This document shows, one piece after another, positions 38,399 through 47,386 of a stretch of 56,969 nucleotides of DNA. Location: IMG/VR virus record IMGVR_UViG_3300048838_000199, positions 1 to 56,969 of that record, one strand, 5' to 3'. The notes under the pieces were generated by a model that saw only the letters and a list, made by a program, of their open reading frames with translations, searched no databases and was not told the origin of the DNA. Position 1 is the stretch's first letter, and each line of letters opens with the position of its first letter. Position numbers and translations under genes: made by a program. The stretch is from a virus (taxonomy: Duplodnaviria; Caudoviricetes).

Positions 38399-40426
38399 CT
38401 ACCCGCTGGTTGCCACCGAGTGGGCCGAATCCATGGCCGCCGGGTGTGGCGTTGGCGCGAACGACAGCACCAGGCTGTCGGCCTTGTCGGGTGACTTCAC
38501 GCCACGGTCGCGCATGTCCTTCTTGCTTTCCATCTGGACCTTGCCGCTGGGCACCTCGATGGTCAGCACGCTGCACAGTTGGCCGATCAGCTCGGGGTCG
38601 TTCGGGATGCTGATGCACTCGGTGGGGTCGTGGGGCACACCGCCTGGGTCGCCTTGCCGCCACAGCCACAGCTCGTATGCCTTCCTGAACCTTTCGCGCA
38701 CCGTCCAATACAGCTCTGCGCGCATGTTGGTAAACAACTCCTTGGCCGGCTTGTCGCCAAAACGTCGCCCGCTGCACTTGCCGCTGCCGTTCACCGCGTG
38801 CAGCTTAAATGGCCACTGCTTGCCGCCGTTGGCCTCGGGGTGGTATTCGCTGGCCAGTGGGCCGCCATAGCCGCCGCCGGCATCGTAATGCAGCACCCGC
38901 GCACTGACGCTGCTGGTGACCATCAGCATGGCCCTGGCCACCTGCGCCGGCACTGGCCGCACAATCACCTTCTGCAGCACCACGCTGGCCCCTCTGCGCA
39001 TGGTCCACACGTCCACGTCGGCACCGCTGCCCGACAGGTCCGCGCCGCATTCCACGATTTCGCCCATGTCGCCCAGGTCCAAGTTGATGGCCGCCGTCAC
39101 CCACGCGAATGGGAACACCAGCCGATCGCTGGACGCGCTGTAATCGATGTCCACTTCGCGCGCCATCTTCGCCGGGTCTGTAAACCGCTGCTTGGCCTTC
39201 TCGTACCAGGGGTAAATGATGCGCCGGGCACCGATCGTGGCCGGGTCTGGGGATTCGCCCTTGCCCGTGGCGATCGTGTTGCCCTCGGTGTCCAACGCCA
39301 GCCAGGTGTTCTTGCGCGGGTCCTGCTTCCACCGCAGCGACAGCACCGGGTGGTTGCCGCTGAACCGCTTGGTGGCAAACCAGTCGCCGGGGTTGTTCGG
39401 GGTGGACAGCCAGAACTTCACCTCGGCAGTTTCGGACAGCGACGCCTCCACGCTGTCGGGCTTGGCCGTGAATGCAGCCTCGTCAATCAGCACGCGCGTC
39501 GCACGTCCACCGCGCCCGATCTGGTTGCCACCTTCACCCACCAGCAGCGAACCGTTGGCCGGGTTCAGGATGCGCAGCCGCAGGCCGTGCTTGGCTTCGT
39601 CGTATCCCACCGGGGCCATCCAGCTGGGCAGCGTACGTATCATCATGCGCGCCTTGTGCATGATGCTGGACGGGTCGCCCTTGCTGTCCACCAGGGACAC
39701 CTTGCGACTGCAGAACAGGCCGGTGAACTCAGGCTCGAACAGCCAGGACCAGGTGAACCAGGCCACCAGCAGCCAGGTCGCACCCATGTCGCGCGCCTTC
39801 TCGATGATGCCCTCGGCCTGCGCGCCTTCCACCTCGAACAGCCACCGGGCAGCTTCCACCTGGTAGTCGAACGGGATAAACGGCAGCATGCCCTTGTTGG
39901 GTGGCCGTGGCTCGTACGTCCAGCCGTAGAACTCCAGCCAGTACAGGAACCCGTCGACACCGCGCGCCGGGCTGCACTTGTCCAGCTCGGCCTGCTGTTT
40001 GGCCACGTCGCTGTTGGCCTCGGCCAGCAGCTTGCTGCGCTGCTCCAGGTTGGCCAGCTCGACACCGCGCGCCGGGCTGCACTTGTCCAGCTCGGCCTGC
40101 TGTTTGGCCACGTCGCTGTTGGCCTCGGCCAGCAGCTTGCTGCGCTGCTCCAGGTTGGCCAGCTCGACACCGCGCGCCGGGCTGCACTTGTCCAGCTCGG
40201 CCTGCTGTTTGGCCACGTCGCTGTTGGCCTCGGCCAGCAGCTTGCTGCGCTGCTCCAGGTTGGCCAGCATGGTGGGGTTGGTCAGCTTGGCCAGCCCTCG
40301 TATCACCAGGTGCGTGGCCTGGTCAGTGCCCACCTGCTTGCCGTGCCTGGCCAGCTCGTTGCGCACCACCTGCAGCTGTGCCGACTGCCGAACCTTCTGG
40401 AAGGCCAGCCGCGCCGTTCTACCCAT
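38399..40426 (-). CDS. Terminase large subunit
   Basis: EKARDMGATW, GRGGR..LIDEAA, LSTPN, GADLSGSG.D, SPDKADSL. Confidence 0.92.
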   Translation of the reverse strand: MGRTARLAFQKVRQSAQLQVVRNELARHGKQVGTDQATHLVIRGLAKLTNPTMLANLEQRSKLLAEANSDVAKQQAELDKCSPARGVELANLEQRSKLLAEANSDVAKQQAELDKCSPARGVELANLEQRSKLLAEANSDVAKQQAELDKCSPARGVDGFLYWLEFYGWTYEPRPPNKGMLPFIPFDYQVEAARWLFEVEGAQAEGIIEKARDMGATWLLVAWFTWSWLFEPEFTGLFCSRKVSLVDSKGDPSSIMHKARMMIRTLPSWMAPVGYDEAKHGLRLRILNPANGSLLVGEGGNQIGRGGRATRVLIDEAAFTAKPDSVEASLSETAEVKFWLSTPNNPGDWFATKRFSGNHPVLSLRWKQDPRKNTWLALDTEGNTIATGKGESPDPATIGARRIIYPWYEKAKQRFTDPAKMAREVDIDYSASSDRLVFPFAWVTAAINLDLGDMGEIVECGADLSGSGADVDVWTMRRGASVVLQKVIVRPVPAQVARAMLMVTSSVSARVLHYDAGGGYGGPLASEYHPEANGGKQWPFKLHAVNGSGKCSGRRFGDKPAKELFTNMRAELYWTVRERFRKAYELWLWRQGDPGGVPHDPTECISIPNDPELIGQLCSVLTIEVPSGKVQMESKKDMRDRGVKSPDKADSLVLSFAPTPHPAAMDSAHSVATSG
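39954..40268. repeat. Perfect 105-bp x3 in-frame tandem repeat
   Basis: Units start at 39954, 40059 and 40164. Confidence 0.95.
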
Positions 40427-40763
40427 TCACCACCCAGTACAGCCCCAGAACCGTCAGCAGGCCGCCGCTGCTGGGCATCGGGTCCCACAGGCTGCCGTCG
40501 ACTTCGCGCACCACCGCGTGGAACGTGCCGCCCTCGATCGTGCCCACCTCGATGTGTCTGCCGATCGGCTGCGCATGCCGCAGCACCTCGATGCCGGCAC
40601 CGTCAGCCACCGACACCATGGCCACCAGCTGCAGCCCCATGGCCTGAAGCCAGCCGGCTGTGTCGGCCAGCCAGAACTCGGGATCCTCGGCCACGAAGTT
40701 CGGCACCAGCTCGTGGGGCACGTCGGCCAGCCTTGCGATGCACCGCCGCCAGCAGTCAGTCAT
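40419..40763 (-). CDS. Hypothetical protein (possible Cys-His-Asp peptidase-like)
   Basis: DCWRRCIA..HAVV..WDP. Confidence 0.5.
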   Translation of the reverse strand: MTDCWRRCIARLADVPHELVPNFVAEDPEFWLADTAGWLQAMGLQLVAMVSVADGAGIEVLRHAQPIGRHIEVGTIEGGTFHAVVREVDGSLWDPMPSSGGLLTVLGLYWVVNG

Positions 40764-40942
40764 GGGTGCCCCTGCCTTCGTCGCCGCACGTATCGCTGCT
40801 GCTTCTTTTCGGGGTCGTTGGCCGTGTGCCAGGCCCTGCAGTCGTCGCACAGGTATGCCACGTGGCCGAGACGCTTGGCCGCACGCTGCGCTGCCTTCTT
40901 GGTGTCATGCTGCAGCTTTCCACTCGGGCAGTCCTCACCCAT
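40760..40942 (-). CDS. Small Zn-finger protein
   Basis: CPSGK..YLCDDC..WH. Confidence 0.6.
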   Translation of the reverse strand: MGEDCPSGKLQHDTKKAAQRAAKRLGHVAYLCDDCRAWHTANDPEKKQQRYVRRRRQGHP

Positions 40943-41339
40943 CCACCGCCCCCAGCTCTGGCCTGGTCAGCTGGCGCGCCCAGTCCAACACCACGAAGTC
41001 GGGGCCGTACGCCTGCTGCACGCATGGCACGTGGTTCAGCATGCACACCAGCATGTCCACCCGATTCACCCACGGCCACACGCCGCCGGCCAGGTACCTC
41101 GGCTCTGCTTGGCCTTCCACCTCGGCAATCAGGCAGTGCATCAGCACCCTGTCCCTGGTCAGCGCGCCGATCTGCCGGCCATACCCCATGCCGGCTGCCT
41201 GGACGTAGATGCTGGCGTCGCTGAAGTCGGGCACCAGGCACACCTGCGTGCCGTCGCTGAACTGCACCACCGTGCCGCCAGACACGTCGTACCGCAGCTG
41301 CATGCCGCCGATGTAAATGGTGCCCATCACGGGTGCCAT
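40935..41339 (-). CDS. Hypothetical protein
   Basis: Overlaps with neighbours. Confidence 0.55.
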   Translation of the reverse strand: MAPVMGTIYIGGMQLRYDVSGGTVVQFSDGTQVCLVPDFSDASIYVQAAGMGYGRQIGALTRDRVLMHCLIAEVEGQAEPRYLAGGVWPWVNRVDMLVCMLNHVPCVQQAYGPDFVVLDWARQLTRPELGAVDG

Positions 41340-41818
41340 CAGCTGCCCCCTTCCTCGGCCAGGGGTTCCACGTCCACGTTGTGCCTAGTGCGCCAGTGCT
41401 TGCCGCTGTACTCGGTCCAGCTGTATCGCATCATCTGCACCAGCAGCACCTTCTCGCGCATGTCGTGCGCTTCCTGCGCCGTGGCCGCTGCCACCTGCCG
41501 CATGCCACCGCCGCTGCACTCGATCAGCCCCCACCCTGCTGGCAGCTCGTGCTTTTCGATGATGCCCCTGGGTGCAGCGTAGTACCTGAAGTTCCCCACG
41601 CCCATGGTGGACAGCCGCCGGTGGGCCTTGTTCCGATCGGCCAGGAAGTCGCTGCGCGATACCTTCACCTCGACAAGCATGGACTGGCCGGCATAGGTCC
41701 ACCCCACCACGTCGGGGGACTCGGGGCAGTGCCACGCCACCACCTCGGTGGCCACCACCACGGCCCCATGGTTCCGCAGCCACGTGGCCGCGCGCTTCAC
41801 CAGCTCGGCATGCGTCAC
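41339..41818 (-). CDS. MmcB-like PD-(D/E)XK nuclease
   Basis: PDVVG..VEVKVSRSDFLAD..ELPAGWGL. Confidence 0.75.
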   Translation of the reverse strand: MTHAELVKRAATWLRNHGAVVVATEVVAWHCPESPDVVGWTYAGQSMLVEVKVSRSDFLADRNKAHRRLSTMGVGNFRYYAAPRGIIEKHELPAGWGLIECSGGGMRQVAAATAQEAHDMREKVLLVQMMRYSWTEYSGKHWRTRHNVDVEPLAEEGGS

Positions 41819-42174
41819 CGCCGCCGCCCCTTCACTCGGTTGTCGACGCCCAGGACTTCCACCCGCATGGACTCTGCCCGCGATGGGTGCCCCAGCATGC
41901 CCAGGCCGATGTCAGACAGCTGCCACTCGAAGTATCGGCTGCCCACCCAGGACTTGCTGCGCCTCTCGATCATGCCGGCCTGCGCCATGCCTTCCACCAC
42001 GATGGCTGCCACCTCGATCGTGCCGCCGCCCATCAGCTGGATGGTGGCCACGCCTCGGCCCGTCCAGTTGGGCATGGTGCCCTTGCAGTACAGCAGCTGC
42101 AGGACTTCCATGGGGTTCGGACTGCCTTCCTTCAGCCATGCCTCGAACAGCTGCTCCTTCTGCTCTGCCGTCAT
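41815..42174 (-). CDS. Hypothetical protein
   Basis: ATGA overlaps. Confidence 0.55.
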   Translation of the reverse strand: MTAEQKEQLFEAWLKEGSPNPMEVLQLLYCKGTMPNWTGRGVATIQLMGGGTIEVAAIVVEGMAQAGMIERRSKSWVGSRYFEWQLSDIGLGMLGHPSRAESMRVEVLGVDNRVKGRRR

Positions 42175-42746
42175 GCCTGTGCCACTTCCTGCTGCATCTT
42201 CAGCACGTCGGTGATGCCCAGGGCCAGGGCCTGCGCCTCTGCGCACTTGTCCATGACCTCAGACGCGCCGCGAATGGACGCCACAAGGTTGGCCGACGGC
42301 ACTGGTGGCTCTACACTTTCGGGGTCCTCGGCCTGGTCCACCGCCCGCATGTACGCACGCTCTGCCCAGTCCAGCCGCCTGGTCGCCATGCCCAGCAGCT
42401 TGTTGGCCGCGTCGTGCAAGTTGGCCGCTCGGTTTGCTGCCTGGTGCAGCATGCGCTCGTACGGGTTGCTGGCCTCGATCGGTGCCAGCTCCATGGCCTG
42501 CTGGATTCTATGCGAATCGTACGCCGCTGCCCGGTTCACCCAGTCGAATCGTGCGCGCAGCCTGTCCAGCGATCGGGACGCCAGGCCCGTCGTTTGCGCC
42601 AACGCGCGCGCGCTGCGGGGGGCTGGCATTCGCAGATACGCCGTGAAGGTGGCGAAGTCCTTGTCTGTTTCCTCGGGCAGTCGTTCCCATGGGTGGGGTC
42701 CTTGCGCGCCTGTTGCGCTGGTGTGTGTCTTGGTTGCGTCGTCCAT
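42171..42746 (-). CDS. Putative terminase small subunit
   Basis: PWERLPEET..F..Y..RS..WVNRAAAYD HTH pattern. Confidence 0.65.
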   Translation of the reverse strand: MDDATKTHTSATGAQGPHPWERLPEETDKDFATFTAYLRMPAPRSARALAQTTGLASRSLDRLRARFDWVNRAAAYDSHRIQQAMELAPIEASNPYERMLHQAANRAANLHDAANKLLGMATRRLDWAERAYMRAVDQAEDPESVEPPVPSANLVASIRGASEVMDKCAEAQALALGITDVLKMQQEVAQA

Positions 42747-42902
42747 GTGGCCACTTCCCTGCCAGTCCTTGCTGGTCGGCCAGGTGCTTCCATTATCCCA
42801 CGCGCTGCACGCCATGCGCACCCCTCTGCAGCACGAAGGGCCAGCTGCACCTTCTTGATGCCTCTGGCCCTTCTTGGACTTCTTGCGCCTTCCCTGCTTC
42901 CT

Positions 42903-43223
42903 TTACGTGTCCATGTCGCGCACGCGCTGCTCGTACGTCTTGCTTGCACTGGTGTCGGCAGCTAGGACGGCAAGGGCATGCTGCCTGGCTGTCGGGTCGT
43001 CGTACAGCTGCTGCAGGGGTATGCCGGTCGCGCCGGCTGCCTTGGTCAGGACGTACCATACCGGCAGCTCGGCCATGGCCCCCTCGCCTCGGCCCATGGC
43101 TGCGTCGACCAAGACGGCCACACAGTCGGGCAGCTCTGCGCGCATCTGCTCCCAGGATGCCGGCACTATGGCCTGCTTCATGTTCTGGTCGGTCAGGGTG
43201 TCCACTCGTGCCCCCTCATACAT
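42903..43223 (-). CDS. Hypothetical protein
   Basis: Coding-like 3' part of the long ORF. Confidence 0.5.
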   Translation of the reverse strand: MYEGARVDTLTDQNMKQAIVPASWEQMRAELPDCVAVLVDAAMGRGEGAMAELPVWYVLTKAAGATGIPLQQLYDDPTARQHALAVLAADTSASKTYEQRVRDMDT

Positions 43224-43636
43224 GTGGGCACGCCTTCCACTGGTTCGCCCTTGGGCCTCGGGTGCTGCATGGCACTGGCCTGGTGTCTTGCCGTCTGCCG
43301 AGTCACCAGCGCGCTGTACACCGCCGCCACGACGACGAACGGCAACATGATCGGCCAGGAGACTGCCATGCCGACGGCCATGGCGTTGTGGTGCTGCTGG
43401 TCCTTGATGTCCACCGCCAGGCAGACGTCGTGCGCCAGCATCTGCATGACTCGCATGCGCCGGTGGTTGAAGTCGCTGCCGACGGGCACCAGCACGTCGT
43501 CGCCAGGTTGTACGGTGTTCTCGGGCACCAGGTTCACCCGCCACAGCTGCGGATGATGCCCCGCGATGAGTAGCACGACGGTCACGACGGCACCCAGCGC
43601 ATAGATGATGGCTGTGCTGTAGGATCCTAAGTTCAT
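43193..43636 (-). CDS. Membrane protein
   Basis: Two hydrophobic helices; GAGG SD. Confidence 0.6.
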   Translation of the reverse strand: MNLGSYSTAIIYALGAVVTVVLLIAGHHPQLWRVNLVPENTVQPGDDVLVPVGSDFNHRRMRVMQMLAHDVCLAVDIKDQQHHNAMAVGMAVSWPIMLPFVVVAAVYSALVTRQTARHQASAMQHPRPKGEPVEGVPTCMRGHEWTP

Positions 43637-44220
43637 TGGTTCACCTCGACTTGCATGGGCATCATCCACCTAGGGATGTACTCGCGCCAGTCCTCGTGCC
43701 AGTGGCTCTGCTGATTCAGGACCAAGTTGGCCAGGCCGCCCATGGCTGCCGCCTTTTCTATTTCATACGCTTGGAACGTCACCACCTGAACCTCTGCGCC
43801 CGTGTCCCCCTTGGGGTTCAACAGGTGGAAGTATTGCATAAAGGTGTCAACGCCCTCGAATCCCTCGGCCTTGGCGTCGTCCTCGGTGATGCTGTCCAGC
43901 CGTTCCAGCCTGGTGGACTCGATGCGCAGCGCGAACTGGCACAACCAGCTGGGCATGTGTATGGAAGGCTTCAGCACCCAGCCTGCCGGTGGGCTGTATG
44001 CCGGCCTGCCGCCGGTGCCTTGGATGGCCATGGCCACGTGGTGCTTCAGCTCGTGGTAATACCTCGGGTCTGCCTTCATGCCGCGCTGCACGAACCAGTT
44101 GCAGCTGGCCAACACCCACTCGCCCTGCTCGTACTTCCTGGCGTTCATGCGCCTGGTCTGCTTCTTGTCGCCGGCCTCGATCTTGGACAGCATGTAATGC
44201 GTGAAGGGCAGCCGCTTCAC
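43633..44220 (-). CDS. ASCH/PUA-like phage protein
   Basis: GDKKQTRR, KPSIHMP, ERLDSITEDDAKAEG. Confidence 0.8.
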   Translation of the reverse strand: MKRLPFTHYMLSKIEAGDKKQTRRMNARKYEQGEWVLASCNWFVQRGMKADPRYYHELKHHVAMAIQGTGGRPAYSPPAGWVLKPSIHMPSWLCQFALRIESTRLERLDSITEDDAKAEGFEGVDTFMQYFHLLNPKGDTGAEVQVVTFQAYEIEKAAAMGGLANLVLNQQSHWHEDWREYIPRWMMPMQVEVNQ

Positions 44221-44471
44221 AGTCGCCCCTCGCTGCACACCTCGGCCCTGCAACGCTCAGCAGCGCGCGCGTCGCCGTACGTGCGCCGGCAGCAGTCGCA
44301 CTGGAAGATGGTAACCAGCTGGAATGCGCCGCACTCGATCGGCTGCCACGGTGTCGAAACTTGGCCGCGCCGCTTGTCCTCGCCGGCCTGGATGGTCAGA
44401 GTGGTGACGCCGTTGTGCGTCGGTGGTGGTGGCACGCCTCGTGCCCTGTATACGCTGTGTGGTTGTGACAT
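44217..44471 (-). CDS. Hypothetical protein
   Basis: Downstream of TATAAT and operator 44523-44533. Confidence 0.55.
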   Translation of the reverse strand: MSQPHSVYRARGVPPPPTHNGVTTLTIQAGEDKRRGQVSTPWQPIECGAFQLVTIFQCDCCRRTYGDARAAERCRAEVCSEGRL

Positions 44472-44545
44472 AAGAACACCCTGGGGCCGATCAGCTCAGC
44501 CGCCAGGGTGTTATTATAGCACCGTGCTGCACGGTGCAGCCCGTT

Positions 44546-45049
44546 TTACTCGGGGTCCTCGAAGTTTCGATCGGCCAGGGATTCCACGAACTCCACCAGC
44601 TCCTCGGTCGCAGCTTCGCGCGCAGCCAGGACTTCCTGGAAGTCTGCGCCGGTCTTGTCGCAGATGGCCTTTACAGCCGATCGGGGCACGGTCAGCGCGC
44701 GCTGCAGGGTATCACGCCCAAACGCACGATAGACCAGGACGCCCAGTTCGATCAGGCTGGTGTTCAGCTGCGGCAGCTTCGTGGCCTTCTGCCTGCCGAT
44801 GATGCCAAGGTCCTCGGCCACCTGGTCGCCCACCTGGTCGTCGGGAATGTCGGCCAGGGCCTCGATGAACGCCACCCACGCCTTGGCCGCTTCGTTGCGT
44901 TCCTCTAGGGCCAGCTCGGGATCCGCGCCGGTCTTCTTGCAGATGCTTCGCACCCAGTTCTCGGGTGGGGTCAGGGCACGCTGGACAGCGGCTTCGCCTT
45001 GGGTGACCAAGATGGCCAAGGCTAGGGTGATGATGGTGTGGGTCTTCAT
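44546..45049 (-). CDS. Protein with internal duplication
   Basis: QRALT..ICxKTGAD..LAD x2. Confidence 0.7.
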   Translation of the reverse strand: MKTHTIITLALAILVTQGEAAVQRALTPPENWVRSICKKTGADPELALEERNEAAKAWVAFIEALADIPDDQVGDQVAEDLGIIGRQKATKLPQLNTSLIELGVLVYRAFGRDTLQRALTVPRSAVKAICDKTGADFQEVLAAREAATEELVEFVESLADRNFEDPE

Positions 45050-45138
45050 TTCAGCCCGATTCTACCCACCGGCAGGTCTGGGGATGGCCAACCACAACCA
45101 GAACTCCGCCCCGTCGCTGCCGGTGGGTAGTCGCCGGG

Positions 45139-45561
45139 CTATTGTGCCGGCTTGTCGTCGTCCCTGCTGTCGATGTAGTGCCGCACGATGGCCAGGGATT
45201 CGCGCACGCGCTTGGGTATCGGGATGCCTAGAACTGCCGCGTGTTCGGTGATGCTCAGCAGCTCATTCACCAGCCACCAGACGGCAGCCAGGCCGCCGAA
45301 CGTGATGGTGACCTCGAACCCCAGCACCGAAAAGTTCACCGCCAGCAGCAGCCCATCGAACAGGCACGCCAGCAGCACCGTGAACGCCATCAGCATCTTG
45401 CGCATGATGCCTGCTCTGCTGATGCTGCTGGCCGCCTTCTTGTGTGCGAACGCTACAGCCAGCCCGAACAGGAAGTCGCTAAACGTGGCCGCAAGATACA
45501 AAACCATAAAGGGCAGCGTGATCTGCCAGTCAGTCCTAAGTGCTTCCTTGAATGTGTCCAT
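45139..45561 (-). CDS. Holin (phage holin 4 / toxin-secretion family)
   Basis: DFLFG..SSISRAGIMRK..NELLSITEH..LGIPIP. Confidence 0.9.
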   Translation of the reverse strand: MDTFKEALRTDWQITLPFMVLYLAATFSDFLFGLAVAFAHKKAASSISRAGIMRKMLMAFTVLLACLFDGLLLAVNFSVLGFEVTITFGGLAAVWWLVNELLSITEHAAVLGIPIPKRVRESLAIVRHYIDSRDDDKPAQ

Positions 45562-45613
45562 GGGGTTGCCTACCGTTTGGTACTGCCGCCCCTGGCTGCA
45601 GCTGCATCAGAAT

Positions 45614-46390
45614 CTACCCTCCAGCAGCTGCAGACGTGGTGCCCTGTTCCTCGATCTTGCGCCGAATCACTTCCATGCCCATGATGTTGCGCGCCTCGGC
45701 CTGCCGATCTGCCGGCAGCGATGCCACGAACTTGTCGCGCTGTTCGCGCCTGGCCTTGGCTGCCTCGGCATGCACTTGCAGCTCTTGCTCGATCTGCTTG
45801 CGCTGCTCCAGGTCCAGCGATGGCTTGGGGGCTGTCGATGCCGGCAGTGCCTTTACTGCGCCATCTATGCGCGCCTCGATCGTGGCCGCCAGCTGCTTCA
45901 GCGTCGTGCCCTCGGGCAGGGGTGACGGTCGTCGTCGCAGGCCGTTGTCATACTCGCAGTCCAGCATGCTGGCCCAGTAGGGCAGGCCCTTGTTGATGGC
46001 GTTGCGCCGGCTGGTCACGCACACCCTGCCATCCTCGCAGACATACACCGGGTCGTTTATCACCCCTGGGGGGTTGCGCTTGTGCTTCAGCGCGCGCATG
46101 GCGTTCACCAGCTCGGCACTCGATGGGAACCACCGCAGTGATCTGCGCACCTCGTGGCCGTCGGCCATCACGTCGCCCAGCTCGATGCCCGCGTCGGCCA
46201 GGTCCATCACGTACAGGCCGACGGTTTCAGGGTCCTGCAAGTCGAACCCGCGCAGCCGCTCGGAAGGCATGGGCAGGCCGGCCTTCATCATCAGCAACAG
46301 CATGGCGTCGACGGCAGCCCACAGTTGTGGGTTCCTTGCATAAACGCCGTCGTACCATTCCTGCTGCACCTTCTCAGGCTTCTGACTCAT
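45614..46390 (-). CDS. Putative helicase loader / replication accessory protein
   Basis: Follows the initiator; WFPSSAEL motif. Confidence 0.5.
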   Translation of the reverse strand: MSQKPEKVQQEWYDGVYARNPQLWAAVDAMLLLMMKAGLPMPSERLRGFDLQDPETVGLYVMDLADAGIELGDVMADGHEVRRSLRWFPSSAELVNAMRALKHKRNPPGVINDPVYVCEDGRVCVTSRRNAINKGLPYWASMLDCEYDNGLRRRPSPLPEGTTLKQLAATIEARIDGAVKALPASTAPKPSLDLEQRKQIEQELQVHAEAAKARREQRDKFVASLPADRQAEARNIMGMEVIRRKIEEQGTTSAAAGG

Positions 46391-47318
46391 TACCAGCTCC
46401 CAGCGCGTGTGCCTGGCCGTTTTGGGCCGCAGCTGCTCGTATCATCTGCTGCCGTTGTTCCATGGTCTGCACCATAGTCTGCACGCCATGCCGCACGCTC
46501 TTACCATTTACAGACGCTGCAGAACCGGGTTCTGGTTTCCATTCGCGCGCCACGTCCTCGATGATGCCCTGCCACTGGCCGCCGGCAGCCCTCTGAACGG
46601 CATGCACGACAGCCGCCAGTGGGTACTTGTCCCACCAACCGCAGTTAGTCACGCGCAGCCCGTAGACGGTGGGCATGCCCTTGCGCTTGTCGGCCTTGCG
46701 CGCCTTCACCCACTCGATCATGGCTTCGCGAAGCTCGGGGCAGCTGGCATACGGTTCGCGCACCTCATAATCGCCATCCTTCACGTGCAGCGTAGGCCAG
46801 TCCTTTGCGAAGTCGGGCACAACAATCGCCGCAGATGCAGCCAGGTCGCCCTCTTGTCTGTCTGATGGATGTTCTGATGTATGTTCTGATGTATTGGGTG
46901 GCGTGGTGCCGCACCCCCCTGCGGCATCAGGCCGCACCCCCCTGCGGTCTGTCGTCGCACCCCCTGCGGCATGGTGCCGCACCCCCTCTGCCGGGGTGTG
47001 GCATGGTGCCGCACCCTGTTCGGTGGGTTGGTCTGGGCCGTCGGCCAGCTGCTTCAGCCGCTGCACGTCCAGCCTGTAGACGCTCGGGAACCCTATGCGC
47101 TCGGCCACCAGAACCAGCACGCGCTGCTCCTCCAGTTTCGCCATGATGCGCTGAACCGTGCGCCTGTCCAGGCAGCAGCGTGTTGCTATGGTGCCCTTCG
47201 CTGGCCGCACGTTGTTGCCTTCGTCGTCGGCACGATCGGCCAAGGCCAGCAGGATCAGCTTCTCGGCTGGGGTGTCGGTGGGAATGTCCCAGACCTGGCT
47301 CATAAGTCTGATGCTCAT
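46374..47318 (-). CDS. Replication initiator (N-terminal HTH)
   Basis: MSIRLMSQVW..EKLILLALADRADDEG..IATRC..RRTVQR. Confidence 0.85.
   Translation of the reverse strand: MSIRLMSQVWDIPTDTPAEKLILLALADRADDEGNNVRPAKGTIATRCCLDRRTVQRIMAKLEEQRVLVLVAERIGFPSVYRLDVQRLKQLADGPDQPTEQGAAPCHTPAEGVRHHAAGGATTDRRGVRPDAAGGCGTTPPNTSEHTSEHPSDRQEGDLAASAAIVVPDFAKDWPTLHVKDGDYEVREPYASCPELREAMIEWVKARKADKRKGMPTVYGLRVTNCGWWDKYPLAAVVHAVQRAAGGQWQGIIEDVAREWKPEPGSAASVNGKSVRHGVQTMVQTMEQRQQMIRAAAAQNGQAHALGAGNESEA
46861..47020. repeat. Iteron-like repeats, probable replication origin
   Basis: CGCACCC at 46910, 46933, 46956, 46978, 47010; TCTGATG x3 at 46861-46891. Confidence 0.7.
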
Positions 47319-47386
47319 GCCAGGGCCTCGGGTTGTTGAAGATGTCGCCGGCCTCGTGCCAGCTGGGTGTGTCGGGTAACTGCCAT
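47315..47386 (-). CDS. 23-aa leader peptide MAVTRHTQLARGRRHLQQPEALA coupled to the initiator
   Basis: TGA overlaps the initiator ATG (ATGA). Confidence 0.6.
   Translation of the reverse strand: MAVTRHTQLARGRRHLQQPEALA

Noticed and set aside
39954-40268. CRISPR array or intein in the terminase
   Set aside because: Contiguous in-frame repeats without spacers; no intein splice motifs
38579-41224. 881-aa + strand ORF and other long overlapping ORFs
   Set aside because: Antisense or alternate-frame shadows of recognisable minus-strand genes; no motifs
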